Assembly: GCA_951406725.2 (NCBI GenBank)
Contig: OX597815.1
Location: 97,278,001-97,342,000, forward strand
Direction of reading: 5' to 3'
DNA: 64,000 nucleotides
DNA from: Octopus vulgaris
Lineage: Eukaryota
Shown here in pieces: positions 1 through 14,620 of the stretch. Both the position numbers and the translations under genes were made by a program. Within the stretch, counting starts at the first letter, position 1. Every line of letters starts with the position of its first letter. The notes beneath the pieces are model-generated. The model saw only the letters and a list, made by a program, of their open reading frames with translations. It searched no databases and had not been told where the DNA came from.

Positions 1-1022
1 AAAGTGAAGTCTGGCTTTGCATGTAATCTGTCTGGAGTTGCTGTCGCAACGCGAAAGTGATATTTTGGTTGTCTTATTTTCGTTTATATAAAGACCAAGT
101 TATTTAAGTTTTTAAATTTCAGTATTAACACTATATGATCGTAATAGAAAATATTTAATTTTGATAAACGACAAAACAGACCTTCATTGCTATTGTATAC
201 TCCAATTATATTGATTTCTGTTAAGCAGCAGTCAGGGGAAAATATTTTCAGATACGTTATGCCAAGGTATTTAACAAGATTCTTTTATTGTCCTGACTGC
301 AATACCCCCGAGAGCAATGTTGCCTTTATCTTTTTGATGTGCGTTAAACAACTACCAGTCAAGCATCTTAATCGATTAATCAGATTGTCTCCTAACTCAT
401 GAAAAATTGGCAGTATATCTCTGGTCTTATTCAAAGCAATTCACTAGTTAACAGGGATTTCTTTCCGTAATTCACAGATCTGCTAGATATATATGCGCAG
501 TGTCCCTCAAATCGTATTCTACTCTCTTTAAAAATATAAATACGGTTCAGAAGATGATGTCTAAAAAATAGATCAGATTGTTATGGCAGAAATGCATTTA
601 ATATTAATTATTTCATTAAGAACTCACTTTGAAAAACAGCAATAGCAAATACTAGTTTTATTATATGCCTATTCTTTCAGTATAAAAGTGCTTGGGTTTC
701 GATAATTTAATATATATTGTTTGCCTTAAATATCATACAAATTCAATGAAAAATAAACAAACTTTTCTCCTCCATTTTATTTTCCTAAAACTCTTATCTA
801 TTTCAGATCTCGAAAATAGAATAATAAATCGAAACAAATAGAGTTCAAGCGAATTTTTTTATAAGAGATGGAATTTTTCCAAAAGAGATAAAAAAATAAA
901 TTGTTTTGCTGTATTTTCCAGCATTGGTTCTATAACGGTTCATAATTTTTCAATTGTTATTGTAAGAATATCACCATATACTTGGAAATCATACATAAAA
1001 GCAGACTCATTTAACCGATATT

Positions 1023-1099
<77 letters not shown>

Positions 1100-1185
1100 T
1101 TATCTATCTATCTAACTATCTATCTATCTGTTAATCTCCCTAACTACATATCTATATAGACATACATACGTATAGATATACATAC

Positions 1186-1234
<49 letters not shown>

Positions 1235-1246
1235 TGTGTGTGTGTG
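1023..1246. repeat. Compound microsatellite (CTAT)n followed by (TG)n
   Basis: Long tctatctatcta run then gtgtgt runs, read directly. Confidence 0.95.
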
Positions 1247-1575
1247 TCTTGATAGCCCAAGTACTGGGCTATCAAAACTATCAGATTATCAGGCCATAGC
1301 CAAAATCCTTCAGGTGTAGAAAGTCCAAGTTTCACGACCATTATACCGTCAAATGGGTTTAGCAAAAGTGTAAATAATCGAATAAAAAAAAGAGAAATGG
1401 CAAATAGTTTTTACTATGAGTTTCAATTGTTCCCGCATGTATGTATATATGTATGTCTGTATGTATGCATGTATGCATGTGTGTATGTATGTATGTATGT
1501 GTGTATGTTTGTATGTATGTATGTATGTATATGTATGTCTATATCTACCTGTCTATCTATCAATATATATATATA

Positions 1576-1946
1576 GGCGCAGGCGTGGCTATGTGGTAAG
1601 AAGCTTGCTTTTGCACCAAATGGTTCCAGTTTCAATCCCACTGCGTGGCACCTTGGACATGTTTGTTCTACTATAGCTTCGGGCTAACCAAAGCCTTATG
1701 AATTGATTTTGTAGACGGAAACTGAAAGAAGCCCGTCGCATATGTATGTGTATCTGTCTGTCTGTGTTTGTCCCTACCCCCGCCATCACTTGATAAACGA
1801 CGTTGGTGTTTTTACGTCCCCTAACGTAGCGAAGGAATAGATACTAGACTTACAAAGAATAAGTACGGGGTCGATTTCCTCGACTAAACGCAGTGCTCCG
1901 GCATGGCGGCAGTTAAATGACTCAAGCAAGTAAAAGAATAAAAGAA
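1576..1946 (+). mobile_element. tRNA-headed SINE, family A (near full length)
   Basis: Head ggcgcaggcgtggctatgtggtaagaagcttgc...tttcaatcccactgcgtggcacc with A/B-box-like motifs; tail ...gcatggcggcagttaaatgactcaagcaagtaaaagaataaaagaa. The same family recurs at about 8.8, 9.6, 19.5, 29.1, 32.4 and 48.6 kb. Confidence 0.85.
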
Positions 1947-2157
1947 CATATATATATATCATTGCTATTATGTCAAAAGTTTTCTACCGTCCATCCTGCA
2001 CTTTCCCTGTGCATATATAGACGTGTCTTACTCTTTGCTTACTTTTATACTCCCTTACGCCTTATGTTCTGTATTGTTACCCTTAGCCCTGTTTTTCTTT
2101 GTGCCTGTACGTATATAGATGTGTGTATGAAATTTTTAGTGCGTGTGTGTGTGTGGG

Positions 2158-2209
<52 letters not shown>

Positions 2210-2211
2210 CA

Positions 2212-2249
<38 letters not shown>

Positions 2250-2525
2250 CATTTGGCGAATTGTGCGGGTGAGAATGTGTACGTTTCAAGTGAAAGTGGA
2301 TGAGTATAACTTTTAGGCGCATGCATGTACGTGGGTGTGCGGGCGCGCATGTGTAGGTATGGACATGCGCTCTTACGCGAATACTATGAACTTTTTACAC
2401 CCTTACATTTACTCCTCCCCTCACTCAGCGGTCATTCAAATACCAATTTTGTCTTAATAACGGTCAATCACACAGTAATTCCCCTTTGTTTAACGGTCAT
2501 TTTCATAGTATTTTTCCGATGGCCG

Positions 2526-2586
2526 GATAACTGAAGAGATGGTGGCGTGGATTTCCACCCCGGCATCCGAAACTCTGAGTTTTATC
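2526..2586 (+). ncRNA. Type I hammerhead ribozyme motif (PLE-terminal type)
   Basis: GATAA-CTGAAGA-[GATG..GTGG attt CCAC..CATC]-C-GAAA-CTC-T-GAGT-T-TTATC: intact core, stem I GATAA/TTATC, stem III ACTC/GAGT, GUU cleavage triplet. Confidence 0.75.
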
Positions 2587-3950
2587 ATGGCTACCGAATA
2601 ATTGTCACATACTACATTTACATATAGGATCTACAATTTTACCTACCTGCTTCCTTACAGTCTGGCTGGGTAGCTTGGACTTTGGCTAACACTACTATGA
2701 CCCTTCTGGCAACTTGTCTCTCTAAATCTCAAGTGAGATTTTGTGGAACCAGTTTTCCAAGAATGCATTGATCACTTTACCCGAACCTGTCTCCCCAAAG
2801 TTCTGCTTTTTGGTATAACATCTCTGCTTATAACTTTTCTTTAACCATTGACCTGCAACAGTTTTTAAACGGAATATCAATTACACTAATCTCGGCTGTC
2901 CCGACGTTCCTGCTAGGATGTTGTCAGTGCCTCTTCCATCATAGTTTTTAATATATATTCATCTCTTTCATACTGTGCTGATTCAACTGTTGCTAGAACA
3001 AAGATTCTGGATACTATTTAAGTTGCAAAGCACTGTCAATGGAATTTATAAAAGGAAGAACCTTTAGACATTTTATTTCGGTATTGCAAATTTTCAACCA
3101 ACGTAAATTATTTGATGATACGCAAATTAACCTGAAATCCATAAATTTTCAGATTATTCCTCTCACACTTACTAACCTAACGAAACATACCGATGATTGT
3201 GGATAACGATTACAATTATAATCTGGGTAGATAGATTGTTTTCATCACTGGATATATAATATAAATCAATTACGGTGATTTATATTAACATGAGGCTATT
3301 AACATTACTGGTAAATTTCTCTGAGTAAATTCCATCAGACATAGAGTTAACTGATGTACATCATTTTACAAATGTAAATCATTACAGTAATTCTGTAATT
3401 TTGTAAGAAGAGAGAAGGCTGTATTTCGTTGATGTTCATTAATACTGAAATATGTCGAGAGTTGTCGGCTTTACGTGCATGATTAGATGAAACCTATAGT
3501 ACGCACTAATACTATGTGAAACGTATATTAAATCCTTCAACTCGCTAATGATTCCTTCACGCTGAATTTAATGATAGAGTTTTAACTTAATATGACGAAA
3601 AAATATTGGTTCTAACTGAGTTACAGAAAGTGTTGGTTTCTGAACTGTTTATTATACATACTATCTAGACTATTAATTATATACGGAATGTCCAGATAGG
3701 TAATAAATAATTTAATAAAATAGCATACTTACACTTCTCTGCTGAGTGGTTATATTCAGTATATTATACTGAATATAACCACACAGCATACATGTATCTT
3801 TCCATGAATAACGTCATTGTAAAAAGAGAATTCTGAAGCGTGTACTTCCTGAGAAGAATCCCCCATGTACTATTACTTATGAAATAGTTTTTAGAATTAT
3901 ACATTTTCATATTCATGCATGCGTGCGCGCGCATATACACACAAACATAC

Positions 3951-4040
<90 letters not shown>
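3951..4040. repeat. (AGAT)n microsatellite
   Basis: Perfect agat run. Confidence 0.95.
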
Positions 4041-4041
<1 letters not shown>

Positions 4042-7000
4042 AAGGACGAGAGAAAGTGAGTAACGACGTGAAGAAGCAAAAATTCGTCAGTCATTAACTC
4101 ATTTTAATTATTTTAGCAACACGTGAGCTAACTCAGGTTATATTTTGCACAAATATATCAGACAATAGATTTAACCGTACAGTATTAGTAACAACTAGTA
4201 CATTATTTCCTAATGGGCGAAAATGTCAGTTATTCCGATAACATTCCAATTCTTTGGTCTTGTTGTCTTTTAAACCCAGAATTGTAGCTTGTATGTGCGG
4301 TGCATAATTCTTGCTGCTTACTGAAACTGGATGGTCGATTCATTATAGACTTTCTAGCTTTGAAGACTAGGTGAACAAATTGTATGTCATATTTTAGTAT
4401 CTATAATATTATTGGAGGTGAGTTATTTACAATGCATCGTTAAAGATATAATGCTGAAATTTAAAATACATATTGAATTTAAAAAAAAAAGAAAAATCAC
4501 AAGATATTTACGGTGAAAACTGAGAGAAAAATGAAACGATCTACAATGAAACTTGGAGAGAATAAAAACACTACATGAAAAGAAATATACAATGTTATTG
4601 TACATTTTTGGTTCATAGTTATAACCGAATTACTTGTACTGAGTTAAAATACTAGGGAAATGCATGTGTGTAATGTACGAATATTTTTGGTGGCAAAAAT
4701 AAAATCACAAGCATATCAGGCACACCTCAATGTCAGCAGAAAAAAATAATGGCTTTAGACTCTGAAATATGATGGTAGGGTTAAACTTCGCCTATAGGTT
4801 CCCAGGTAACTTTTATAGATATATTTTGGTGAAAAATTTCGTCACATCAAATACATACCTAGAGCTGTTGCTGAATAGTTAAATAGTATGTCACACATAT
4901 TTCAATACGTGCTTAAAATTAAATGAAATATAGTGAGATCAGTCGACGAGTAAAAACATACAGAATATTCCTCTATGTTACTGATATAAATTTAAATATT
5001 GATTCAGACTTTTCAGAATGCTTACCTATAAATATATGCATGTTGCATACGTGTATGTATATCTGTTGCATGTGCTTGTGCGTGTGTTATTGAATAAAAT
5101 ATACACAGTTTTTGAAAAGCTAGTGTCCAGATTGTGGATGATCAGAAAAGTACGAGAGGATGCATGAAACGATGAAGCAGTATAGAACAGAACGTCGAGG
5201 AAGAATGATAATGATAAATGTTTTATATCTGTATATATATGCGGACAAAGCCATAGTTTATACACAATTCTTCACGGATTATAACAAATTTGTTGATACA
5301 TTTACATATGCCTATAATACACTCCTCCATCCTACTTTTCCCTTTGCTTCTCTCTCTGCCTCTGTTGGTGTCAGCTCTATATACATGTTTCGAAGTATGC
5401 GTGTATATGTGTGTTGATGTATAAGTGTGTGTGTATGTATTTATAAATACATAATATTATATGTTCGGATGTGCGTGTTTATCTTTTTGTTTTGGGATAG
5501 TGATAATTCACGTATATTTATTATCATATGTCACTTGCATTACAACTATGAAGTTCTTCAAGTAGAAAATTATGGCAGGAAATTACTAACGTGAATTCCG
5601 TTGAGGATAAATATGTTTACATATGAGATAGATTATTAATGATTTTTTAAAAACATTCTTAATAAAACAATCTAACATTAGCAGTATGCCTCACATTTCG
5701 TTATGTTGTATTATAGACTATATTGACCCTAGTATATCAGTAGAACTTATTTTCACACAGAATGAAAACATAAGGCGGACTTTCATGAAGCGAAGAAGGG
5801 TGAAAACAAAACGGAAAATGGCCATTATGAGAGTAGCTATGTGTATGATATATGTGTGCTTATCGAATGTTTGTGTAAGTCTATATGCGTTATATACAAG
5901 GGTGTGTACAACGGGCGTGCTAGGTGTGTGCTGCACACCTATCGAAAATGGCAATTGCCTTAAAAATATTTACGTTACTTATGAATTTAATCACAAAAAA
6001 TAATGCAAAACTTTTGTTATACTCCTGCTTAAAATTTGATGGCGGGTGTCCTGAAATAACGCTGCACACCTCACAGTGCATTGTATCATAATATGGTACC
6101 GGGCGTATCATAGGATAATGAGAGAATGGCAAAACATTAATGGCGAAAGGTGTGCGACAGTTTAAACAGCACGGTCGCATGTTCGTTTTCGTGGCGAGAA
6201 GATGCACGTTTAAATTAATTCCCAAAATAAAGCTTTTTTTTTTACAATGTTTCTTATGATATTATCAAATAACTTTGATCTTAATTTGTTTTCAAAACTA
6301 ATAGTAAAGTGTTTCACTGTACGATGAGGTTATCAAACATTTTACGTCTCAACGTAGAGGAATAAAACATAAGAAATTTAAGTAAAATTATGTGGTTTCT
6401 CATTTTTCAGTGTGTTCGCATAAGAGCATCATGGCTTATTTTACAATGCTTACAATTTATAGAGCATTGTCAATTGTTTATTTTAGTGCCATATATCTGT
6501 ATTCCAACTGAATTAAGTTTCCATTATTTACGTTTTGATTGACGCTCCGGAAATAGAAATACACAGAGTGTATGCCTAATTTGAGTTATATTGATGTTAG
6601 TGATAGTATGGTCAGGGTGGCTGTGCCCCCTATGGCAACAACCACCATGCGCCACTGGTTTTATATACACGGGTTAGTGATTAAATGGCCTTTTGCATGT
6701 GCATGCCAGGATGTGTGGTTTTAATATGTGAGGTTTGTCTTAAACATATAAATCGTATACATTGTCGGTTTCTTGTCAGTCAAATGATACAATGCTCAGT
6801 AAGAAATTGTTCATAACTTAAAGAGATGTACATGTATTTAAGAGCTATAAGGAGTTCGAGGAAACTCTAGGTCTCGAGGAGGAGCTGGTCTCACTTGCAT
6901 AACTTTCGGATAGGGGTGTGCAATGGATAATCTTCTGATAACCTTGGCCTAGTCCAGCTACAAAGAGGCACTGCTAGAACAGTATGCGGAGCAACAAACC

Positions 7001-8772
7001 GTACTGCACGCTTTCGAACACTATTCGTGTAGCTGTTGTTGCTTATTGGAAAAGTCGAAGTAATAGCCGGCGATCCCTGGTGAGCGTCACCAAACCATCC
7101 ACCTCTAAACAACAACATCAAAATGATGTCGGAACATCTCGCTTCAGATACGTTGAACGATGTTGTGAGTTGGACGAAGCTGAAAGATTTGATGACATAC
7201 CATCGTCTGCAATACCCCATCGACTTGTTCAAGTTCCACTTGCAATGGAAAGTCAGGATGGAAAGAGATGCATTCAACCAGTGAATTTATCAAAGTGTGA
7301 ATCAGGGAAAGATGATTAGTATAAATGGAAATTATTTTGAACTTGTGATTTATTTCATATCTTACCGAATTCTAACACATTTACTATATCTGTCATTTAT
7401 TATGAGGCCTTTAGTGGATACGGCAGATTTGCTACAGCATCCGAAAAAATATGATACAGTATCTAATTAGGTTTCGTTACATTCTGAGTTCAATCTCCGG
7501 CAAATTCAAATTAACTTTATCAAATATAAGAAGTTGATATAATCCAATTACCGTCAAGTACTAAAGTTAAATTTGTAGAAGAATCTTCATTAGGAAATGC
7601 ATACTTTTATGCAAATGCTATAGATTATTCTTAATGTAATCGATACTAGAACCAACAGATTGGTTGTGAAATGTTTTGCTTGTTTATATTTTGAAACATG
7701 TGTATGGAGAATGGAGCAGTGCTCATGACCTACGTAAGGTCTTCCGATCCCGATCTGAGTGAAGCTACTCTCGAATAGCTACAAGGTTGACAACTCAAGA
7801 AAAATAGGTAAATGGGTGAAAAATCTGAGATTTTATGTTTCGGGACGAAAGAACTGGTGGAAATGGATAGTGCGGCCCGAGCAGACTATTTGGACAAAGA
7901 AATATATTTGGTTGTAAAAATGCATTGTAAGGTTATACTATTTCGATAACTTGTCTCAGTGGTACCTGCGCTTATATATTGCATTCGTGTGTATCACTCT
8001 CTCTCTCCCTCCCTTCTCTTCCTCCTCTCTCTCTGTCTCTCTCTTTATCTGTCTGTCTGTCAGTCTGTCTCTTTTCTCGCCCATCCCCACTTTATCTGTT
8101 TCATACTTCTCGTATGACTAACTCGGCAAATAATATAAGTCAGAAAGAGGTAAATTTAAATGTACCACATTGGCCAATGTGCATATTATATATTTGTGTC
8201 GTATATGCGTATGTGCCTGTATTTGGCCACAAAAAATACACATGGTAGGGAAGGAATTGACGGGGTTCATAATCTTTCGTTCATGTTTGAGTGCGTATTT
8301 GGATATTTATTAGTTCACTACGACGTCTTCCTTTATCCAATTAATCATGAATCAATTAATCTCAATAACACATTGTACTTTAAGTACTTTATTTTAGTTA
8401 AGCTATGATCAATTACTTTTTATCTTCTGATAATAATTAGAAGATCTTTTAACATTAATCTCACAAATACAAAATGCTTTAATTATTCAACTTTGATTAA
8501 GCTAAGATCAATTACCAGTGTATATTGTGGTGCTATTTTAAATTGTGCTATTTTTGCCTTTGTTATTGTTATCGTAGTGTTATCACAGTTCACCAAGAAG
8601 TTAGAAGTTAAATGTAGGTGAGCATTGACGGTTAGTTTGCGCTGACGAGTGACCGTAATAATTTGGCGTATGACATTTGTTGGGAGCTGAGGATGTATTC
8701 TAGGATGATTGTACATGTTGAGTGGTCACTTAAGTCTAGACGTTCATTATAAGTGGTTTCAGAAAGTACATT

Positions 8773-9170
8773 TTTTATCTTTTACTCGTTTCAGTCATCA
8801 GACTGCGGCCATATAGTGACACCACCTTTCATAATTTTTAGCCAAATACTACTTATTTTTTGTTCCTTAAAGTCTAGTGCTTATTCTATAGGTCTTTTTT
8901 GACAAGCGCCTAAGTTACGGGAGCGTAATTACATCCGCACCAGTTGTCAGGTGGTGGTGGTGGTGGTGGTGGGGACAAACAAACTCACAAAGACACACAC
9001 ACACATTGATATGAATGTATATACATATATACTACAGGATAATTCAGTTTCCGTCTACCAAATCCACTTACAAGGCTTTGGTTGGCCGAAGGTTATACAC
9101 ATAGACATTTGCACAAATTGTCCCCCACTGGGACTGAACCCAGAGTCATGTTGTTGGTAACCAAGCTTCT
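8773..9170 (-). mobile_element. SINE family A, reverse orientation
   Basis: Reverse complement matches the 1576-1946 copy (aagaagcttgg...gttcagtccc...ccaaagccttgtaagtggatttggtagacggaaactgaa; tail gactgaaacgagtaaaaga). Confidence 0.8.
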
Positions 9171-9934
9171 TTATTTTAATATTTTGCCATAAAAGAATTA
9201 CACAGCGGGGGACACTACAACACATGTGGGGATATACAACAATTAAAAATATAAAAATGAAATATGATGTAATGAGTGATACATGAAAATGAACATGCAG
9301 AATAAATTGAAATATGATAATATGAATGATATCTGAAAATGATATTATGAAGAGTGCGCTACTCACACAACACCACTCGCTGCCTCTGAGTCCTAAGACC
9401 TTTTTCTCCTTCAGTCGTGTTCTTTTTCCTTCTTCTACATCACTTAGTGGCATCGTTCTCTTCGCCGTGCATTCGTAACCTTTTTCAGCGGGAGAGTGTT
9501 CTTCTAAATTTTGCGGTGTCTGTTCTTTCTTTTTCTTTTTTTTTTTCTTTGTGGGTCTTTGTAAGCTTAGTACGTATTCTATTGGTCCCCTTTGCCGAAT
9601 CGCTATGTTATGGGGGACGTTAACACACCAGCATCGGTTGTCAAGCGATGTTGAGGGAACAAATACAGAGACACAAACACACACACATATATATATACAA
9701 AGAGCATATATAGTTTTGTATATGTATATATGCGCATACATACATACTCGCACACCCTCAAATATCTATGTTCAATAAGAAAAATTTGTATTATAACCTC
9801 CAGGAAAGAATCGAACCACATATCGGTCATAAACTATCATTAGTCTAACCACAGCCTAAGCCTAAACCAAGCACGATACTCTTCATCTCACTAATCACAA
9901 TAAAGGATGAGTGTGTGTCTTTGTGTGTGTGTGT

Positions 9935-9975
<41 letters not shown>

Positions 9976-11008
9976 CACGCACGTGCGTTTTGTGTAAGGT
10001 GATACACTGTCATTATCTCCACTCGAAATTTCCATTTCTATTATAAATTTTTTATCAACTCAGTCACGTTCACTGTTAGCTGTCATACATAGTTTTAAAA
10101 AAAAATAAGCTCCTATTTTATTAATTATGAATAGTAGAAATTTCCAAATACACATTTTGGTATTTTCGCGCAAGTTTCTCATCAACTATCGGCCAGTTAC
10201 ATGAATGTTTATTTACAGATGAATTGCTTCATATTATTGGATGCCAACTCATCTGTGATCAAGAAGGGTAGATAATGCATGTACGTGTTAGCTTGTTCTT
10301 CATCATACACTTCGTGAATAATTACTGATTTAGTTATAAGCAGATTATCAATATAAAGGAATTGCATATTTGCCATTATTTCCATTTCGACTACTTTATA
10401 TGATTATCAATAGGGACATAGTGCGCGCACACATACCACACACACGCACAAACGCACCCACATATCACGCACTTAGGAAAAACATACACTCATATAGACA
10501 CAAGTACACACAAGTATATACGCACACATCATGAGCCAACGATAATGATTATACTAGACACTGAATCAGGAGCTCTCTCTTGTATAATTACATGCTAGTA
10601 TTAGCAACTAGATCTTCCAACAAGCAAGCATTCCTTTAATGAAATGGATGCAAAATATTGCAAAATGCGGTCCTGTATATGTCTGACAAGAAGGCATCAC
10701 AATTACTAAGGTGATTTTTGGCCATTAGTCTTTTATTCCACAGAAGAGGGTAACGCTGAAATGTATCTAATTAATTTCTTAATGACACTTTTTCTTACCA
10801 CATTCTTTACTTATTATAAATACATATTCACTTTCTAAGTAATATTCATATTTGTTGGTGTCTTTTTTTCTTTTCTTTTTGTATTAGTCAGATACGGAGG
10901 GCCTTGCCTCTCACAATATAGAAACATTCCCCATGGCACCAACAGGGTCAGCTTGTTAATAATAATCCAATAGGTCAATTTTGCTTTTAGTCAGTTTTCT
11001 CTCCCTCT

Positions 11009-11045
<37 letters not shown>

Positions 11046-11770
11046 ATTATTATCATGTGAGTAAATATACACCTACATTCACTAGCAGATCCGATACACA
11101 AAATAGGTAATATAATATATATATACATCCACATACACATTCATCCGCCCGTCTACATGCACTCTCATATATATAATATATGCACATATTGCATATACAT
11201 ACACACACGCACAAATAGAAACGCAAATACACACACACAAACTCACACAGAACCACTTACACGCGCACATGTACACATCTGCATGCATATAATACCTACA
11301 TCGTGGTTTGAGTGTTATCCGGGCATTGAAAAGCTGATTCATAACAGCTTTAAGCAAATATGGACACAGTGACATTTATAAAACATGAAAGGAATCCGAA
11401 ATATCCAAATTGGATATAAAATTTAAACATACACTAGCTCTGAAGTCGATTAATAACACACAAATAATATTAGCTTGGAGAGGGGTCAAACGTCAGTATT
11501 CAAGTACTTGCATTTCAGTATTTCACTCAGCCATATTTTCCTGCAAAAGTAATCTGGATATAGTATTTGTATGAGTTAACTAAGTAAAATACTGTCCACA
11601 GCTTTCATTTCTTTGAGTCTCCACGAATATTATCCTTGCTACAAATATTGTTGTTTTTTAACGTTTAGCTATAGTAAGAATTATTCTTACATACAAGCTT
11701 GCATACATACATTTATATTTTATATAAATATATATGTGTACGTATATACGTACGTATGTATGTATGTATG

Positions 11771-11799
<29 letters not shown>

Positions 11800-11801
<2 letters not shown>

Positions 11802-12171
11802 CCCAGTTGAATTTGTCGCATTGTCGGCCCACCGGTGACTAAACCATCGACCCTACCAACACTGCTTGCTAAGAAGGTTGGTTTTGGTTGGCCACCCTGC
11901 GGGACGAAATCGGGTACCTTTGAAGGTGGGGTAAACTCAGAAAAATCGCCGGCCGTCTATCATTTGAGACACTCCAAACCTTTGATAAGGCAAAACTCTC
12001 ATAATGAAATTCCGTAAAATCATCCGCCCCAAAGCAAAGCCGAAAATCTCCTAGTTTCTGGATTACTTGACTGGTGAGAGTTTTAGCGGTGCTATGCAAG
12101 CTCTTACTGACTTTAAATTTCAGCATGGGCGCAGCTATTGTCATACTTGTCTTTGAATTGACAGACTTCAT
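11800..12171 (-). mobile_element. Unclassified GC-richer insert between (ATGT)n tracts, possibly a retroelement 3' end
   Basis: Sharp composition shift; (tatg)n on both sides; short open frame on the minus strand followed by a UTR-like stretch running into (taca)n. Confidence 0.35.
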
Positions 12172-13961
12172 GTATGTATACATGTGTGTTTTTGTTTGTA
12201 GAGTTTGTAGATGCGTGTGTATGTGTGTGCGCGCGCGCGGAGGTTGTCAGTTTGCGTTTACATACAGAATCGAGCACATGCTGTTGATAATAGCGTGTGA
12301 AGATTATGCAACCACTAAGGATGGGCGTACTTCATACAAAATTTGTACATGAATTCGACATGAAATATTTTCAGTTTCTTTTTGATGTTAAACAAACTCA
12401 GTGACAAAACACTAAGTGAATCCCTGTAAATCCGTCATCTCTTCCAAAGTTCAATTAAACCTATAATTACAATATTAGTCATAAATTATCAACGAGTAAT
12501 GTTGTTACGGAAGACAATTTTAAAAGAATCGTATTTAACCGTTTTAAGAATTAGCCTTTCAATGGCATACTTCAAGTATTAGTTTACTGAAGCCTTTTAT
12601 TTATCTTCGTACCAAATCTGGCAAACTTTAAAATGTGTAATCCCACATGAAGGAGTGGCAATCACAATTGGATTGCAATTCTCGATAAGATTTTCCTACA
12701 AGGGTTGACCTGAAAGTTAATTACAGCAGTTTTCGGTCATCTGGCTACATATATGCACTGCGAATTTCTACTGCCGATATACTTAAATTATTTCACATCA
12801 CGTAACGTACACTTATCAATTTACCGAGAGTTTCTTTCGCAAAATGGTAACATTCTTTGAATCCTTGCTGGTCATATTTCTCTCTCCTGTTGCCATGTCT
12901 ACATCTATACGATTAAGAGAGGTGAACTACAGCAGGCTTATTTTGATTAACTTTACATCTAAACCTACGCATTGAATTTATAAATAAGATATATAAAAAC
13001 GATGGTGGGCGAGGGGTGTCCAGGCATACGTACTTCATGAAACCAAATAGTAATTTGAAAACGAACATAGTTAATATAATGGAAGAATAAAGTTTAATTC
13101 ATTAAAATTAAATATGTAGGTATGAGAACAAATCATTATCTTAATTATTACATGCTATTAAATAAGACAGGAATAATAAGCTTGTAATTTGAAATATTAT
13201 TCAAAATTAACATGCATTGGCGAGTGACCCTCAATTACAGCGTAATATTCAATCATTAAATATCGTGATTGATTGGAGTAAGTTACCGACTACTTTAAGA
13301 CATGGAAAACGTCATTGTGTGTATCTCTGAGTATTAAGCAATAATGAATATTTGTATATGTACAACGACAAATAATATATATGAAGATTCTGCAACATAA
13401 CAGTAGAAGGAATTCAATTGTAAATGTCATAATATTATTAGAAATTCTCACAAGAAGTTTCTATGACTGGATCTAAGTTTACGACAGAAGTACGATTTCC
13501 TTTCCTCCTTTGTCCCGGCGTTAACAATAGAGGGGAAAGGTTTACATAAATTTCTAATGCTGTTAACTTAAATACATACGTAAGTTGTAACTTCAATGTT
13601 ACAACTTCAAGTTATTAACATACACCTAAGTCCACCTGTCCCAAATTCATTGCCCTGAACTTGCAGTAAATATTTCATCCCAAAGTGTTCTGCTTGAAAC
13701 CTTCGTGGGCTTCGGCATGCCAAAATTATTTATGATTCTAAGTAAATCAGTAGTAACTACATTTCAATACAGAACTTCACTCATTTCTTCCTGTCATAAC
13801 GTTCTACTATTTATATATAAATTATATTGATTCTGTTGTATTCTCACATAACAATATTATTCAAACTTGTTTGCAAAACCTTTCAGAAAGTTCCACAATT
13901 GTCAGATTCACGTTTATCGCATATGATGTTATCACTCATTGCTTTATATATATTCGATATA

Positions 13962-14620
13962 TACGTGGTCTGATCATTAAATATCGGCATTATAGCCATA
14001 GTAAGGAATCTACAGCACACAGAGTGAAGTCGTTTGACACAGACTGATCTTAAACTCTGCGGTGCATGCACACTTGGCTTTGACGCTCTAACTTACTTCC
14101 GCTGTTTAGCGTGCGATCGTCGCATTGACCATGACAGAAAAAGTCGGGCAGAGAATCTGCATCAAAGTTTCCTAAAAAATGTGCTATACCTGCTCAGAGG
14201 CCGACACAAAGTTTTCAAAAGCATTTTATCTTTCTCAACACAATCAAGGAGATCTTGTGCAACCGGAAACCGAGCATATTCGAGAACGTTCATCAATATC
14301 GACATTTTTCGGCCATCTTGGAAACATTTGGACCACTCGTATACTAGTAATCCTCTTCACACGCTTTCTGCAATTTTGTGTTGGCCTCCGAGCAGGTATC
14401 ACCATGGTAACTTTCTCCATCATGGTCAATGCGACGATCACACGCTACAGACATTCCTGCCAAACACTGTTATAAACAGCAGAAGTGAACTAGATTTTTA
14501 ACACTTAATGCGCATGCACAGCAGTTTCCAAGTTCAATCCGTGTCCAGCAGCTTCATTCTGCATACTGTAGCATCATTACAATGGCAGCCGTGCGGATAC
14601 CTATTGATCAGTCCTCGTGG
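13962..14620. mobile_element. Mariner-derived foldback element (two left halves in inverted orientation)
   Basis: TIR-like ends tacgtggtctgatcattaaatatc and gatacctattgatcagtcctcgtg; + strand MTEKVGQRICIK; - strand GDTCSEANTKLQK..YEWSKCFQDGR..VDIDERS (with frameshifts), i.e. the mariner N-terminal HTH region. Confidence 0.8.

Noticed and set aside
6891-7319. Overlapping 128-aa and 111-aa ORFs as host exons
   Set aside because: No recognisable domain or clear splice signals; probably a decayed LINE, but too weak to call.
10731-10755. Possible 6-nt microexon (ttccacAG aagagg GTaacg)
   Set aside because: Such short matches are expected by chance in 64 kb, and there is no independent support.
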